A stretch of 64,000 bases of DNA, taken from Tetramitus jugosus (taxonomy: Eukaryota; Protista; Heterolobosea). Position 1 is the stretch's first letter. Each line of letters starts with the position of its first letter. Under the pieces are notes generated by a model. The model searched no databases, was not told the DNA's origin, and worked only from the letters and a program-made list of their open reading frames with translations. Location of the stretch: the NCBI GenBank assembly GCA_937625935.1, contig OW569358.1:434001-498000 (forward strand), in the 5' to 3' direction. A program made the position numbers and the translations under genes. Below, piece after piece: positions 54,449-64,000 of this stretch.

Positions 54449-55958
54449 TTACTCATTAATAGCTTCTTGGTTCTTGTCAGTTTGAACGATAGAGTTCACA
54501 CCAGTTGGATTGTTTGTCAAAGCAGGATCTGTGATAATTTGAGGCTTGTAATCGTGCTTCACATAAGCGGACAACTTTTCAGCATACATGCTATATCTAG
54601 CAGTAGTGTGGAACATCCAACCATCACGAACTTGACGAATCATGTTCAAATCAACATCCGTGATCAAGAGTCCATCTCTCACACGACTCAACTCTGGAGT
54701 TCTGGAAGCATCTGGACCAGCGACATAACTAGAGCCATAGAAGTGACCAAAGTCCTTATGAGCCTTCTGTCCATTGCCAGATGTAAACTCATTAGGGAAG
54801 ACTTCTGTTCCGATTCTGTTAATACCAACACTGTAGTAACCATTGGCAATTGCAGCATTTCTGGCTTCAATGCCCCACATTGGCTCAGACAGAGCACCGA
54901 CAGTAGCAGATGGGTTGAACACAATCTCTGCACCGTTCAATCCGTACATCATCCAGTTCAGAGGGTGATGTCTGCCATAGCAAATGTTCACAGCAATCTT
55001 ACCAAAAGCAGTTTGGAACACTGGATGACCAGTGTTACCCTCCAAGTAGTAAGTAGATTCATTAAAATCACCAACACGAGGAATGTGGTTCTTTCTTGAC
55101 TTGCCAATATAGTTACCATTGTTTCCAATGATCACAGCAGTGTTCCAAATGGTTTCAGCATGCGTAGAGTCTCTCTCCAAGATGGAAGACACGATCACCA
55201 TGTTGTATCTCTTTGCAATCTTCTTGAGATATTGTGTGGATGGACCTGTCTCGGCATCCTCAGCAAACTCCAACCACGGGTGCTTTTCTCTTGTCGCGAA
55301 GCTACGATTGAAAAACAAACAGACAAAAAAGAGAGTTAGTATCATTGGCGCCAAAAAAAAGTATCGTAAACTAGTGTGTCCGTGCATCAAAAAAGCCTAG
55401 CAAGAACCAAACAAAAAAATGAGCAAATGACTCAACAACATACGCAAATGGCATTGTCCAAGCTTCTTGCATGGCCAACACATTGACTCCCATCTCTCCT
55501 GCAACCTTTGCAATCTCACCAATTCTGTCTCTCAGTGCAATAAATTGTTCCTCCACTGGTCTATCCGTTGGAAGAACAATTTGATTCTGAATGACACCGA
55601 TACGCACAAGTCTTCTTGTTCTTCTGCTCTCTTCCAACGAGTTCTTGACCATTGAGTAGTGCTTAATCTCAAAGTTGAGTGCATCAGCCTTGGATTGCAC
55701 ATCACTTGGTACCTTTATTTCTTCAATGCTCTTTCCATAGAGAATTCTTCTCACTTGTTCAAATTCTTCTTGAGGCAAGTGAGTCTTCAACACATCGTAC
55801 ACACTGTGAATCGATGTGAATGGGTCATTCTTGTTTACGCCTGGATGGACAGGCTTCTTTTGTGTTTCAGCAGTGGTAGCTACCACACTGAAGATGAAGC
55901 ACAGTGCACAAAGTAAGAGTGCACAAACGAGTGTGCGTGATGAGGAATGCATCATCAT
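54449..55958 (-). CDS. UPB1: Beta-ureidopropionase (beta-alanine synthase, nitrilase superfamily) with N-terminal signal peptide; intron 55302-55443
   Basis: Catalytic [30 protein letters not shown]; splicing gives MPFA|FATREK. Confidence 0.95.
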
Positions 55959-56207
55959 GATTGATATATGTTACAAATAATGTGGAATCTTTTTTTTCAG
56001 TGGTGTTATCTCGTTGTGATCTAAAAAAAGTTTGCCTTTACAACCACCACGCACATTCAGAACCTGCGAACGAGTTTTTTTGACATGTTCAGAAGAAAAC
56101 TCCGGAATCCGTTGTAAGGCTACAGCACTTTGTGGTCTTCTCACCAGTTACAGTGGTAAAACAGGAGATATTGGTGCAGTTTCTATTCTTTCTGGCACTA
56201 CATTTAT

Positions 56208-58772
56208 TCAACATTGCGCTCTTTCCACTATTAGTAAATCAGATCGCAAGAGCTCAAGATCTTTATCGTTCTCTATCTCACAGTCCTCATTGTCTCGGAT
56301 AACGATTTTGTCTTCCGCTTTCCAATCCATTATTTCAAGTATTTGATGCTTCAGATCTTCGAAACAATGATACTTTATCCTCTTTTTCTTGTTGGCTATC
56401 TGAACACTAACAATGGGAAAGTTGAATCTTAGTTCCAGTTTTGTTGTCCTGATCAAATTTTCATTGTTACGTTGGGGATTCTTGTTTAGGACAATACTGG
56501 ATGTTTCAGGAGATATCATGCCAACACTCTCTAACACTTCACATACTATGGGGAACAAAGACTGTTGAATTGTACAGTGCTCAGCTATGTCTTTTAAGAG
56601 AGAAGTTGCTTGCTCTCCAAAGAATTGTTCAAAAGCGCTCTCACCCAAGATAATTACTTCCATGCCTCTTGGAATGGCAATTGTACCTGGACGATAATCT
56701 ATCCGAGATCTTAATCTTTCTTTCATTTCTGTAAATTGAACATGAGTTGTATTTGCTTCATCCTTCTCAAATGTTGTGTTCCATACGAATCGTCCAGATC
56801 CCATTCTGAAAGTATCTTCCAAAGTAAACAGACTTCCCAATACATCATGAGATCTACACAAAACAAATAAAGTGAATTTCTGAATGGGTGTACCGTTCAT
56901 TGACAACGCTGCTTTGTCAATTTCATTTTGAAGCATCTTCACACTGAAGCTCGATCTTTGTCCATTTTTGATGGCAAATCCCACCATCGTATCATTGGTA
57001 GCTAAAAAGTACAAATCACAAGACATCGACATTGGCTTCGGCTTATGGAAATGCTTCACTTTGCACATATTTGTGATTACCCATTTCCAATCATTAACTG
57101 ATACGTCGTGACTCCAGGAGAGCGTTTTCAGCTCCTCCTTCTCATCCTTAGTTAATTTTTGACTTTTCTTGCACGTAAATTTGGGAAGAAACACTATCTC
57201 TGACAGATTGACATCAACCAACAAATGGCCTATATTCTCAGAGTATGAAAAGCAGGGTGAAAGTTGGTTCCAAGTGATATCTCCTTTCACTCTTCTCATC
57301 ATTTGAATACGAAGAACAAGAATGTTAGAAGTTAGATACTCTAGCAATTCACCAGCGTTTAACATGGCAGAGTATTGTTGCAGTCCCTTAAGAAGGCCAC
57401 CATGTGAGGGATCTGGAAAAGGGATGTTAACCTTTAAGCACTCTGGGAAAATCATACGATAAACCAAGTACTTGGGATTGTCTTTGTCTTCGATATCCTC
57501 GATGTATAGTGGTAGGGCGTGGAGTAACTCTGTCATTGTCTGGTAACTTTCAATGGGAGTGTCATCCGGAAAAGTTACACCCAAAGCACTCAAAGAATAG
57601 ATGAACGATAGTACTTGACTCAATGGTCCATCTATCGATGATAATAAGTGTATCTCTGCCGAATTTTGGAGTGTGAAAAACAAGTGTGTGTTGTGCAAAA
57701 ACAGATTGTCAATATCTCTCACGCCACTGAGCCTTATGGTAGTCTTGTTGAAAATACTCCAACAAACCCGATAGACGAATCGAGGAATTCCTCCCGTGTA
57801 AATGTACAACCTCTGACAAAAGTATGAAACATCTTCGTCCCGTAATCCACGTTGAGAATACAATTGGAGTAGACTTTGATCTCCAACAATCGTTTTGGTA
57901 ACACTCTCCTCAATATGATGACTCGAAAGAGCTCGGAGAACAATATGGCGCGAAGGACTTGGTGCTGGAGGAAGATATCGTAATTCTGGGGCCCTCTTTT
58001 CTCTTCCCAGCAGCACTGGAGTTTGTGTTTTGCCAACAAAGACGAAAAGGGTCTTTCGTTTCTTTGATGCAACCAAAGATCCTATCAGAACATCCCATAG
58101 ATTCAATAGATTCTGTGCAGAGCCTACTGTATCATTCTTCCACTCTAGTGTCTGGATCTCATCTAGGCAAACCAGCAACGAAGGCAATATGTCATTTGAA
58201 TTATACAGTTTTAAAAACAATCCCAAATCTCCTCTACTGTCATTTATCACTCCTTGTAAAACATCCATGACCTGATCCATTTTATGGTTCATGAAAGTTA
58301 ACCGTATTTCCTGATAAAAGGTCTTCAAAATATAATTCTTGTCCTTGGGGTTGGAAGACCCATCTAAGTGGATGTGAACTAGTATAGCTTTGTCGACGAC
58401 ACCGTATCTTACAAGAGAAGTATTCTTTCTCAATATTCTTCTGAAGTTTCTCACCAGAGTGGTTTTTCCAGATCCATATAATTGTGATACTAATGGCATA
58501 AAAGATTTTGGATCCCTAAGTTGAGCTACAAGGGACTCGTACAATTCCATTGATTCTTTCAGTCTGTTTACAAAGTGCATCTCAGATAAACCATTAGGGT
58601 TGTTGTACCTCGGAGATAGTTTCGAGTTTTCGAGCTCGTCAGAAACTAATTTGTGTGCCACCTTTTCTTCCACCTGTGATAGCGTTGATTTCATTGTCAT
58701 TTTCAATGAAAAGGTCTCGCCAGAGGAACCAGATATCAGTTTGTTGCGAGTGCCTTGTGTGAATTCTTTCAT
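56208..58772 (-). CDS. P-loop NTPase + PD-(D/E)xK-like nuclease-fold + C-terminal ubiquitin/PB1-like protein (Crinkler/RHS-type); upstream exons possible to ~59167
   Basis: Walker A YGSGKTT, Walker B LVCLDEIQ, YTGGIPR, GELLE, CDLYF...VGFAIKN. Confidence 0.7.
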   Translation of the reverse strand: MKEFTQGTRNKLISGSSGETFSLKMTMKSTLSQVEEKVAHKLVSDELENSKLSPRYNNPNGLSEMHFVNRLKESMELYESLVAQLRDPKSFMPLVSQLYGSGKTTLVRNFRRILRKNTSLVRYGVVDKAILVHIHLDGSSNPKDKNYILKTFYQEIRLTFMNHKMDQVMDVLQGVINDSRGDLGLFLKLYNSNDILPSLLVCLDEIQTLEWKNDTVGSAQNLLNLWDVLIGSLVASKKRKTLFVFVGKTQTPVLLGREKRAPELRYLPPAPSPSRHIVLRALSSHHIEESVTKTIVGDQSLLQLYSQRGLRDEDVSYFCQRLYIYTGGIPRFVYRVCWSIFNKTTIRLSGVRDIDNLFLHNTHLFFTLQNSAEIHLLSSIDGPLSQVLSFIYSLSALGVTFPDDTPIESYQTMTELLHALPLYIEDIEDKDNPKYLVYRMIFPECLKVNIPFPDPSHGGLLKGLQQYSAMLNAGELLEYLTSNILVLRIQMMRRVKGDITWNQLSPCFSYSENIGHLLVDVNLSEIVFLPKFTCKKSQKLTKDEKEELKTLSWSHDVSVNDWKWVITNMCKVKHFHKPKPMSMSCDLYFLATNDTMVGFAIKNGQRSSFSVKMLQNEIDKAALSMNGTPIQKFTLFVLCRSHDVLGSLFTLEDTFRMGSGRFVWNTTFEKDEANTTHVQFTEMKERLRSRIDYRPGTIAIPRGMEVIILGESAFEQFFGEQATSLLKDIAEHCTIQQSLFPIVCEVLESVGMISPETSSIVLNKNPQRNNENLIRTTKLELRFNFPIVSVQIANKKKRIKYHCFEDLKHQILEIMDWKAEDKIVIRDNEDCEIENDKDLELLRSDLLIVERAQC

Positions 58773-59271
58773 TTTAGTCCGACTCTTAGAGACCGTTTCA
58801 CTCCTCTGCGCGACAGAGTTAATTTATCTTGAATAGTCCTTGATTCACGTCGACTTCTTGACTGACCCACCTTATCTCTTTCTCTGCTTCACTTCTCTTC
58901 TTACCGGAGAACTTCATTTCGTCTAGGAGTACCTTCTTGAAGTTCCCTTTCTTTCCCATCAGTCCCTCCAGCATAACGACAGGAAGCGAACATTTCGTGG
59001 TTGTATCTTTCCACTTACGTACAAGACATCCTCGAATCAAATATGGACCTTGATAGAGTCTGGCAGACTAAATTTGCCTGTTGCTTCTCCTTCAGCTCTT
59101 CAACCAACTTGCTTCTTGCTACCCTTCTAGAAGTGCACTCTAAAATTTGTTTTTTTAATACAACCATTTCGGTTGCACTCTACAAAACAGAAATGTCTAC
59201 TTTGTGATGCATTCCTGGAGAAAAGCGCCCGCAACGCGGGGCGTTTTGTAAGCATGAATTGTTGTCAACAA

Positions 59272-59342
59272 GCATCTGTAGTGTAGGGGTATCATGCAGC
59301 GTTGCCATCGCTGCGACCCGGGTTCGAATCCCGGCAGATGCA
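59272..59342 (+). tRNA. tRNA-Gly (anticodon GCC)
   Basis: GCATCTG...GCAGCG TTGCCAT CGCTGC...CCGGGTTCGAATCCCGG CAGATGC A, followed by a TTTTT terminator. Confidence 0.96.
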
Positions 59343-59492
59343 TTTTTGGCATAGAGAGACAAAAGAAGTGACGCAACGCACAGCAAAGCGAAAACACGCG
59401 TCTCTTGTTAGAGTGTCCGTGTCCTCTTCTTATGCGCAACACCAAAAACAAACAAGAGAAATCAAGATCAGAGGAACAACAGCCATACGATC

Positions 59493-60851
59493 ATGATGGC
59501 CTTCATTCAACACGACAGCAATAACATTGCCTACTGCATGGGTGAATTCACTCACTCTCAATTCGGTGATCATTGGCTTCCACAATCCGATCTGCCAGAT
59601 GAAAACACTCAAGTTCCCCTCCAGACGAACTTGCCAGACCATGGTGCTGATCATTCACCTACTGCGCAACAATTGTTGCGTCCCTTCCAGATGAACAACA
59701 TTGGCACACAACCGGCAACAAGTACAAGCCATTCGATTCATACAACAACAACAACAACGACGAGCTCACGTCGCTTGATCCAATGCTCCTGCACTTCATT
59801 CGGTACTCTATATCTCACATCGGATCACAACATTTTTGCCACTGGTCTCATTTTCAATCCACGTGTGCGTCGTCAATTTCATGACTATGGCCGTACGAAT
59901 CCAACACTGAGAAACAATGTTCGTACGGTTGCATCCGGTTCGAATCACGCTTGTCTCATCACATTGAACAATCAGGTGTACACGGTGGGAGATGGTTACT
60001 TTGGTCAGTTGGGATTGGTTGATATGAACTTTGTGGCATCGTTCAGAAGGGTTGACTGTGGTGCGGATGCTGTGTGGAACGGACTGCAGTTTTCTCAAGT
60101 GAGTTGTGGTCATACGCACACACTGTTGTTGACAGAGTGTGGACAAGTGTTTGGATTTGGTAGTTCCAAGAATGGTCAGTTGTCTGTGGAGAAGAACAAG
60201 GTGACTACGCCAGTGTTGGTGTCCAACAGAGACGAACACTATAGAATTCGTTTCATTGGAGCAGGCTACAACTATACAGTGATGATTGATGAGTCAAATA
60301 CAGCGTATTTGATGGGTACGAGCATGGTGCCTGATGTGGGAACTCCCACCATGAGCAACGCACTGTTGCGCAAGATTGATGCACTGGAGAATCGCGTAAA
60401 GGAAGTGTCGTGTGGCTATTCGACACTGGCATTCACTACGACTGACAATGAGATATACACTGTGGGAAAGGACTGTTCGAGCTCGACTCTCCTCCGTGAT
60501 GTCTCATCAGACATTGGTACACTCCAAAAAATCGATCCAATGTCTTGTGGCATACCAGCCAACGTAACTCGAGTACTGTACAGTAATTTTGCTCTGAGTT
60601 GTGTGTGTGTCACAGACAGAAACGAGATCTACTATTGTTCGGGAAAGGCAGGTGATACCTCATTCGTACTGTTGGATGGATGTCGATTCTCTGATGCTTC
60701 TTCGATTGAAGTAGCTTCTGGCGCTCGACATCTTATGATTTATCCCAAAGAGAAGGCAAAGAAGAATTCAATAACTGTATTCCATCATAACATGAGATCC
60801 TGTTTGAAGAACTCTCACTACTCGGATCTCATCATCCAAACCCTCCAATAA
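59493..60851 (+). CDS. RCC1-repeat protein
   Basis: VASGSNHA, VYTVGDGYFGQLG, VSCGHTHTLLLT..GQVFGFG..KNGQL, VSCGY; ends YSDLII (BTB-start-like stub). Confidence 0.88.
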   Translation: MMAFIQHDSNNIAYCMGEFTHSQFGDHWLPQSDLPDENTQVPLQTNLPDHGADHSPTAQQLLRPFQMNNIGTQPATSTSHSIHTTTTTTTSSRRLIQCSCTSFGTLYLTSDHNIFATGLIFNPRVRRQFHDYGRTNPTLRNNVRTVASGSNHACLITLNNQVYTVGDGYFGQLGLVDMNFVASFRRVDCGADAVWNGLQFSQVSCGHTHTLLLTECGQVFGFGSSKNGQLSVEKNKVTTPVLVSNRDEHYRIRFIGAGYNYTVMIDESNTAYLMGTSMVPDVGTPTMSNALLRKIDALENRVKEVSCGYSTLAFTTTDNEIYTVGKDCSSSTLLRDVSSDIGTLQKIDPMSCGIPANVTRVLYSNFALSCVCVTDRNEIYYCSGKAGDTSFVLLDGCRFSDASSIEVASGARHLMIYPKEKAKKNSITVFHHNMRSCLKNSHYSDLIIQTLQ

Positions 60852-61230
60852 AATCTCTCTATTGCTGAACCATATTTTTTTTGTGCCACGGCATTGATCA
60901 ATTTTTGAAATGTTTCCTTCTCGCACGAACAATTCTATGAGATGATTATAATTCAATTTACACACATGATGGTCTCTGTGATTACAAAACAATTGAACAA
61001 AACATGCATGGCTTTATGATCCAAACTATTTTGCATAAAATATCGATGTCCCTCCTGTGTGCAACATCCTTGTGAATCCAAGAGATCCTTGAAAGGAAGA
61101 CTCAAGAAAAAATATCCTGTCTTGTTGTCAAAAATAGGTGAACGACAGATCTTTTCATCTCATCACAACTGGAAAACTTATGTGAAGAAAAATACAACCA
61201 AGTGAAAAACATACAATACCAATCATCAAG

Positions 61231-61797
61231 ATGCCTACTCTAAGAGTCAGAGTTATTAGCGCAAACAATTTGCCTCGCATGGACACCTTCTCTCAAAGTG
61301 ACGCCTACTGTCAATTGAGATGCGGAGGTCAATTCTTCCAGACACAAGTCTTCAAAAGAAGTAACAACCCCCAGTGGAATGCAGAGTTCTCCTTTAATCT
61401 GATGAATCCAATGGCAGAAAGTCTTCAGGTCTCTGTTTGGGACAAGGACAGATTCTCGAGAGACGACCAGATAGGATATGCCATGTTTCCTCTGGGTCAG
61501 CTCTACGTTGGCAGGCCCACCCCTCAGACCATGCCTCTCCAAGGAGGAAAAGGAGGCACTGTGACAGTCGAGTTGACTGCTTTGGATTTTGGAATCGGTA
61601 TGCCAGGAATGCAGCAACCTTATGGTGCTCCTGTTCCTCCCATGATGGGTCCATCATACTATCCTCCAAATCCATATCAACAACCCAATCCATACCATCA
61701 ACCTCCAATGATGCCACCTCCAAATCCTTATCAACAACCTTATGGCTACCCACAGGCCTATCCTGGAACTGGCTATCACCCTCCTGGATATTACTGA
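61231..61797 (+). CDS. C2-domain protein with Pro/Tyr/Gln-rich tail
   Basis: LRVRVISANNL..MD....SDAY, NPQWNAEF, VWDKD.FS.DD.IG; YPP-type repeats. Confidence 0.92.
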   Translation: MPTLRVRVISANNLPRMDTFSQSDAYCQLRCGGQFFQTQVFKRSNNPQWNAEFSFNLMNPMAESLQVSVWDKDRFSRDDQIGYAMFPLGQLYVGRPTPQTMPLQGGKGGTVTVELTALDFGIGMPGMQQPYGAPVPPMMGPSYYPPNPYQQPNPYHQPPMMPPPNPYQQPYGYPQAYPGTGYHPPGYY

Positions 61798-61996
61798 TTG
61801 ATAGATCCATTCAGATTAAACCAATAAAATTGTAATGTTGTGAACTAACTTTAAATGTAACGATCAACCGAAACACCCTAAAAATAACTGACATCGTTAT
61901 GATGGTTATTGTTGTGACGAACCCAGGCCATTCAGTCAGTGATAAATCAACCATCTCCTAACATATCCATAACCCTTTACACTACAATTCACTCAA

Positions 61997-63433
61997 ATGA
62001 AACTCGATCAACCCTTGAAGAGAAACGTGAAGGAATTGTTCAGTGAGACCGATTCAAAACAATCACATCAAAAAGTGACCAACTCTAGCAAGAGCTGGTT
62101 TGAAACAATGATGCGACAATTCAATCAATTCTTGAAACCATCACTATCCGACAAGCAGATAAACAAACTCAAGAACCATACGATGACCGAAGTATCGAGC
62201 AAGTCAATCATTGACAAGAAATTGATAATGCCCTATGTGTACGAACCTCTCTCCAAGCATGCTCCTCATTGGATGCTCTCCACAAAGCTCCTTCCTCTGG
62301 TCAGTTTCAGTTGTATTTGCATCTCTGCTTTGTTGTGTTATTGGTTTGCTTTGAAGTCAGAAACACCAGAACAAACTCTACCAATTGGTCAAAACAATGT
62401 GCCTCGTATTGTGTTTTTCATCACAGGACTGCTCATGCTTTGTTATCGAGTATTAGACGGTCTTGGATCCATGATGAAATTGAAAGAGAATGCTTTCTTC
62501 CGATTAACCGATCCTGGAATCAAAGCTCTGGGGTATTCACTAGTTATGATACCTTGGCTGATACAGTGTGGAAATGGTGTAGGTTCAACTGGAATGTTCT
62601 TCGTTTTCTTATCAGGTTGGTTGAGCTTCTTGTTTGATTCATTGAAGCAGGATGAAACAACAGATGAGAAAAACATAGTGGCAGGCTGGTGGTCTGAAGG
62701 ATTGTGGCTCTATTCTCTCGGGTTTGTTATCTCCGGTTTGATTGACGGTAATTTGTGGAATAGACCATTGAAAAACTTCTCAGCAAAGCTCACTACTTTC
62801 TACTTGCCGTTTTTGGCCAACACGAGGATGAGTACCGTGTTGAATGTGGCTGTGGTGTTGGCTGGAGTCGTTGCTTCGTTTCACAGCATCGTTCATGTCA
62901 TTCAAGCAATGAGAGATCACTCCAGGAGAATTGAAAAGGATCATCCGAATAGAGGCTGGTTGTCCAGTCCAACATCAAAAGCATTGAACATCATAATTCT
63001 CATGTCCTTGATATCGACCTGGGTTGTTGCGTCTAGTGAGGAGTTATTCTCCCAACATCCTTACTTGATGATTGTGACTCTCGGGCTTCAAATGGGTTAT
63101 TTGTTGTCGAATCACTCCCTGAGCTCTATCTTTGAGGATAATGATTTCTCCGTGGTGTCATTGATTAGCTGCATAGCCCCCGTTAGTTTATGCTTGCTCA
63201 ATTGCTTCGCCTGGAGAATCATTGGAATTGGAATCATAACAGAGAGTACCAGTCTGATCTTTCTCTCTATCTTCTCGTTGCTCAACTGTGGCCGGTTTGT
63301 GATAAGCCTGAGTCCAACACTGACAGAATCGTACAAGGATACCTCTTCCACAGCTATCCACGCAACAAGCAAGGATCACGGAAGTCTGGACAACCAGACT
63401 TACGACGAGCATTTGACGACAAGCATACCATAA
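61997..63433 (+). CDS. Choline/ethanolamine phosphotransferase (CDP-alcohol phosphotransferase)-like polytopic membrane protein with degenerate active-site motif
   Basis: LSDKQINKLKNH..., P.WM, multiple TM helices, YRVLDGL; canonical DGxxAR..GxxxDxxxD is not intact. Confidence 0.65.
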   Translation: MKLDQPLKRNVKELFSETDSKQSHQKVTNSSKSWFETMMRQFNQFLKPSLSDKQINKLKNHTMTEVSSKSIIDKKLIMPYVYEPLSKHAPHWMLSTKLLPLVSFSCICISALLCYWFALKSETPEQTLPIGQNNVPRIVFFITGLLMLCYRVLDGLGSMMKLKENAFFRLTDPGIKALGYSLVMIPWLIQCGNGVGSTGMFFVFLSGWLSFLFDSLKQDETTDEKNIVAGWWSEGLWLYSLGFVISGLIDGNLWNRPLKNFSAKLTTFYLPFLANTRMSTVLNVAVVLAGVVASFHSIVHVIQAMRDHSRRIEKDHPNRGWLSSPTSKALNIIILMSLISTWVVASSEELFSQHPYLMIVTLGLQMGYLLSNHSLSSIFEDNDFSVVSLISCIAPVSLCLLNCFAWRIIGIGIITESTSLIFLSIFSLLNCGRFVISLSPTLTESYKDTSSTAIHATSKDHGSLDNQTYDEHLTTSIP

Positions 63434-63944
63434 TTATTCCCCGCGGACTTACGAATCCTTCGTTCAGCAGCGAATCATAAAAATAGCATGTCAAGTGTCA
63501 AAATTTAACCAATATTCCTTTGAAAAATGATGCAGACGGGACGAATCAGATACGAAAGCATGGTATCCTGCCCAGATGGAGGGTACACACTCCAGCATGG
63601 ATGATTGTGTGTCCTCTGTGCATTCCTTTTTTTAAGTCATTGCCTACTGTACCATCCTCTCAGAAACAGAGAAACAACCCAACAAAACAGAATATTCCTT
63701 GCGAATCCCAAAAACACTCACCCACCACCAAATTTTGTCCCATCTGGCTGTGTGAGCAAACAACACTTCTCTTACTCGTTGTACACTTCCTTTCTTTTTA
63801 CCACAACCTAAAAATTCAGTTCACCAGCAGCTCGAAGAAAAACCATTGAAGAAACAACCAATAATAATAACAACAAAATAAATAGACAACACTTACCAGT
63901 GAACAACACAATAACTACCACTATAACTAACAACATTAATAACC

Positions 63945-64000
63945 ATGGGAAGAAAGAGTCGCAGCAGCAGTCGCAAATCATCCAAATCCGCAGCAAGTCC
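63945..64000 (+). CDS. Probable 5' end of a gene running off the window (MGRKSRSSSRKSSKSAAS...)
   Basis: ATG after a CAA/TAA-rich leader like other genes here; frame open to the window end. Confidence 0.45.
   Translation, partial: MGRKSRSSSRKSSKSAAS

Noticed and set aside
33143-55958. Pyrimidine (TK1, UPB1) or Fe-S (NFS1, class I fumarase) functional clustering
   Set aside because: About 17-21 kb apart with many unrelated genes between; no evidence of linkage.
1-64000. Full UGA-to-Trp reassignment of the nuclear code
   Set aside because: Conserved long ORFs contain no in-frame TGA, conserved Trp positions use TGG, and TGA ends proteins at expected C-termini (e.g. cofilin); only leaky readthrough remains plausible.
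1-64000. CRISPR arrays, rRNA, prokaryotic operons, or recognisable transposase/reverse transcriptase genes
   Set aside because: No spaced direct repeats, rRNA-like segments or such motifs seen; the repeats are simple trinucleotide tracts in eukaryotic genes.

Overview
Gene-dense eukaryotic (protist) genomic DNA, not prokaryotic. It shows short GT-AG introns (~60-210 nt), AATAAA signals at or near stop codons, CAA/GAT trinucleotide low-complexity tracts, and centriolar/ciliary and PAF1/snoRNP genes. The style suggests a heterolobosean/discoban amoeboflagellate, but this is inference only. I support about 36 protein genes and 2 tRNA genes. Recognisable genes: SNX-BAR sorting nexin, CMTR1, SDR, scramblase, cofilin, CTR9, SNU13, NFS1, WDR90-like, ATRX-like SNF2, an actin-related protein, thymidine kinase, NAF1, class II and class I fumarases, FSP1/AIFM2-like oxidoreductase, beta-ureidopropionase, and RCC1, C2 and CEPT-like proteins. 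Most notable: (1) a tRNA-Trp(CCA) with an unpaired U27:C43 top pair (4-bp anticodon stem, the architecture known to promote UGA decoding), together with back-up stop codons behind 3 of 5 TGA stops but 0 of 30 TAA/TAG stops; (2) tandem non-homologous class I and class II fumarases; (3) a Crinkler/RHS-like NTPase + restriction-endonuclease-fold gene next to a tRNA-Gly; (4) a membrane-anchored actin-like protein, a signal-peptide-bearing beta-ureidopropionase, a bacterial-type GNAT-like gene and a catalytically degenerate CEPT. All family calls are by-eye motif recognition; no searches were run.
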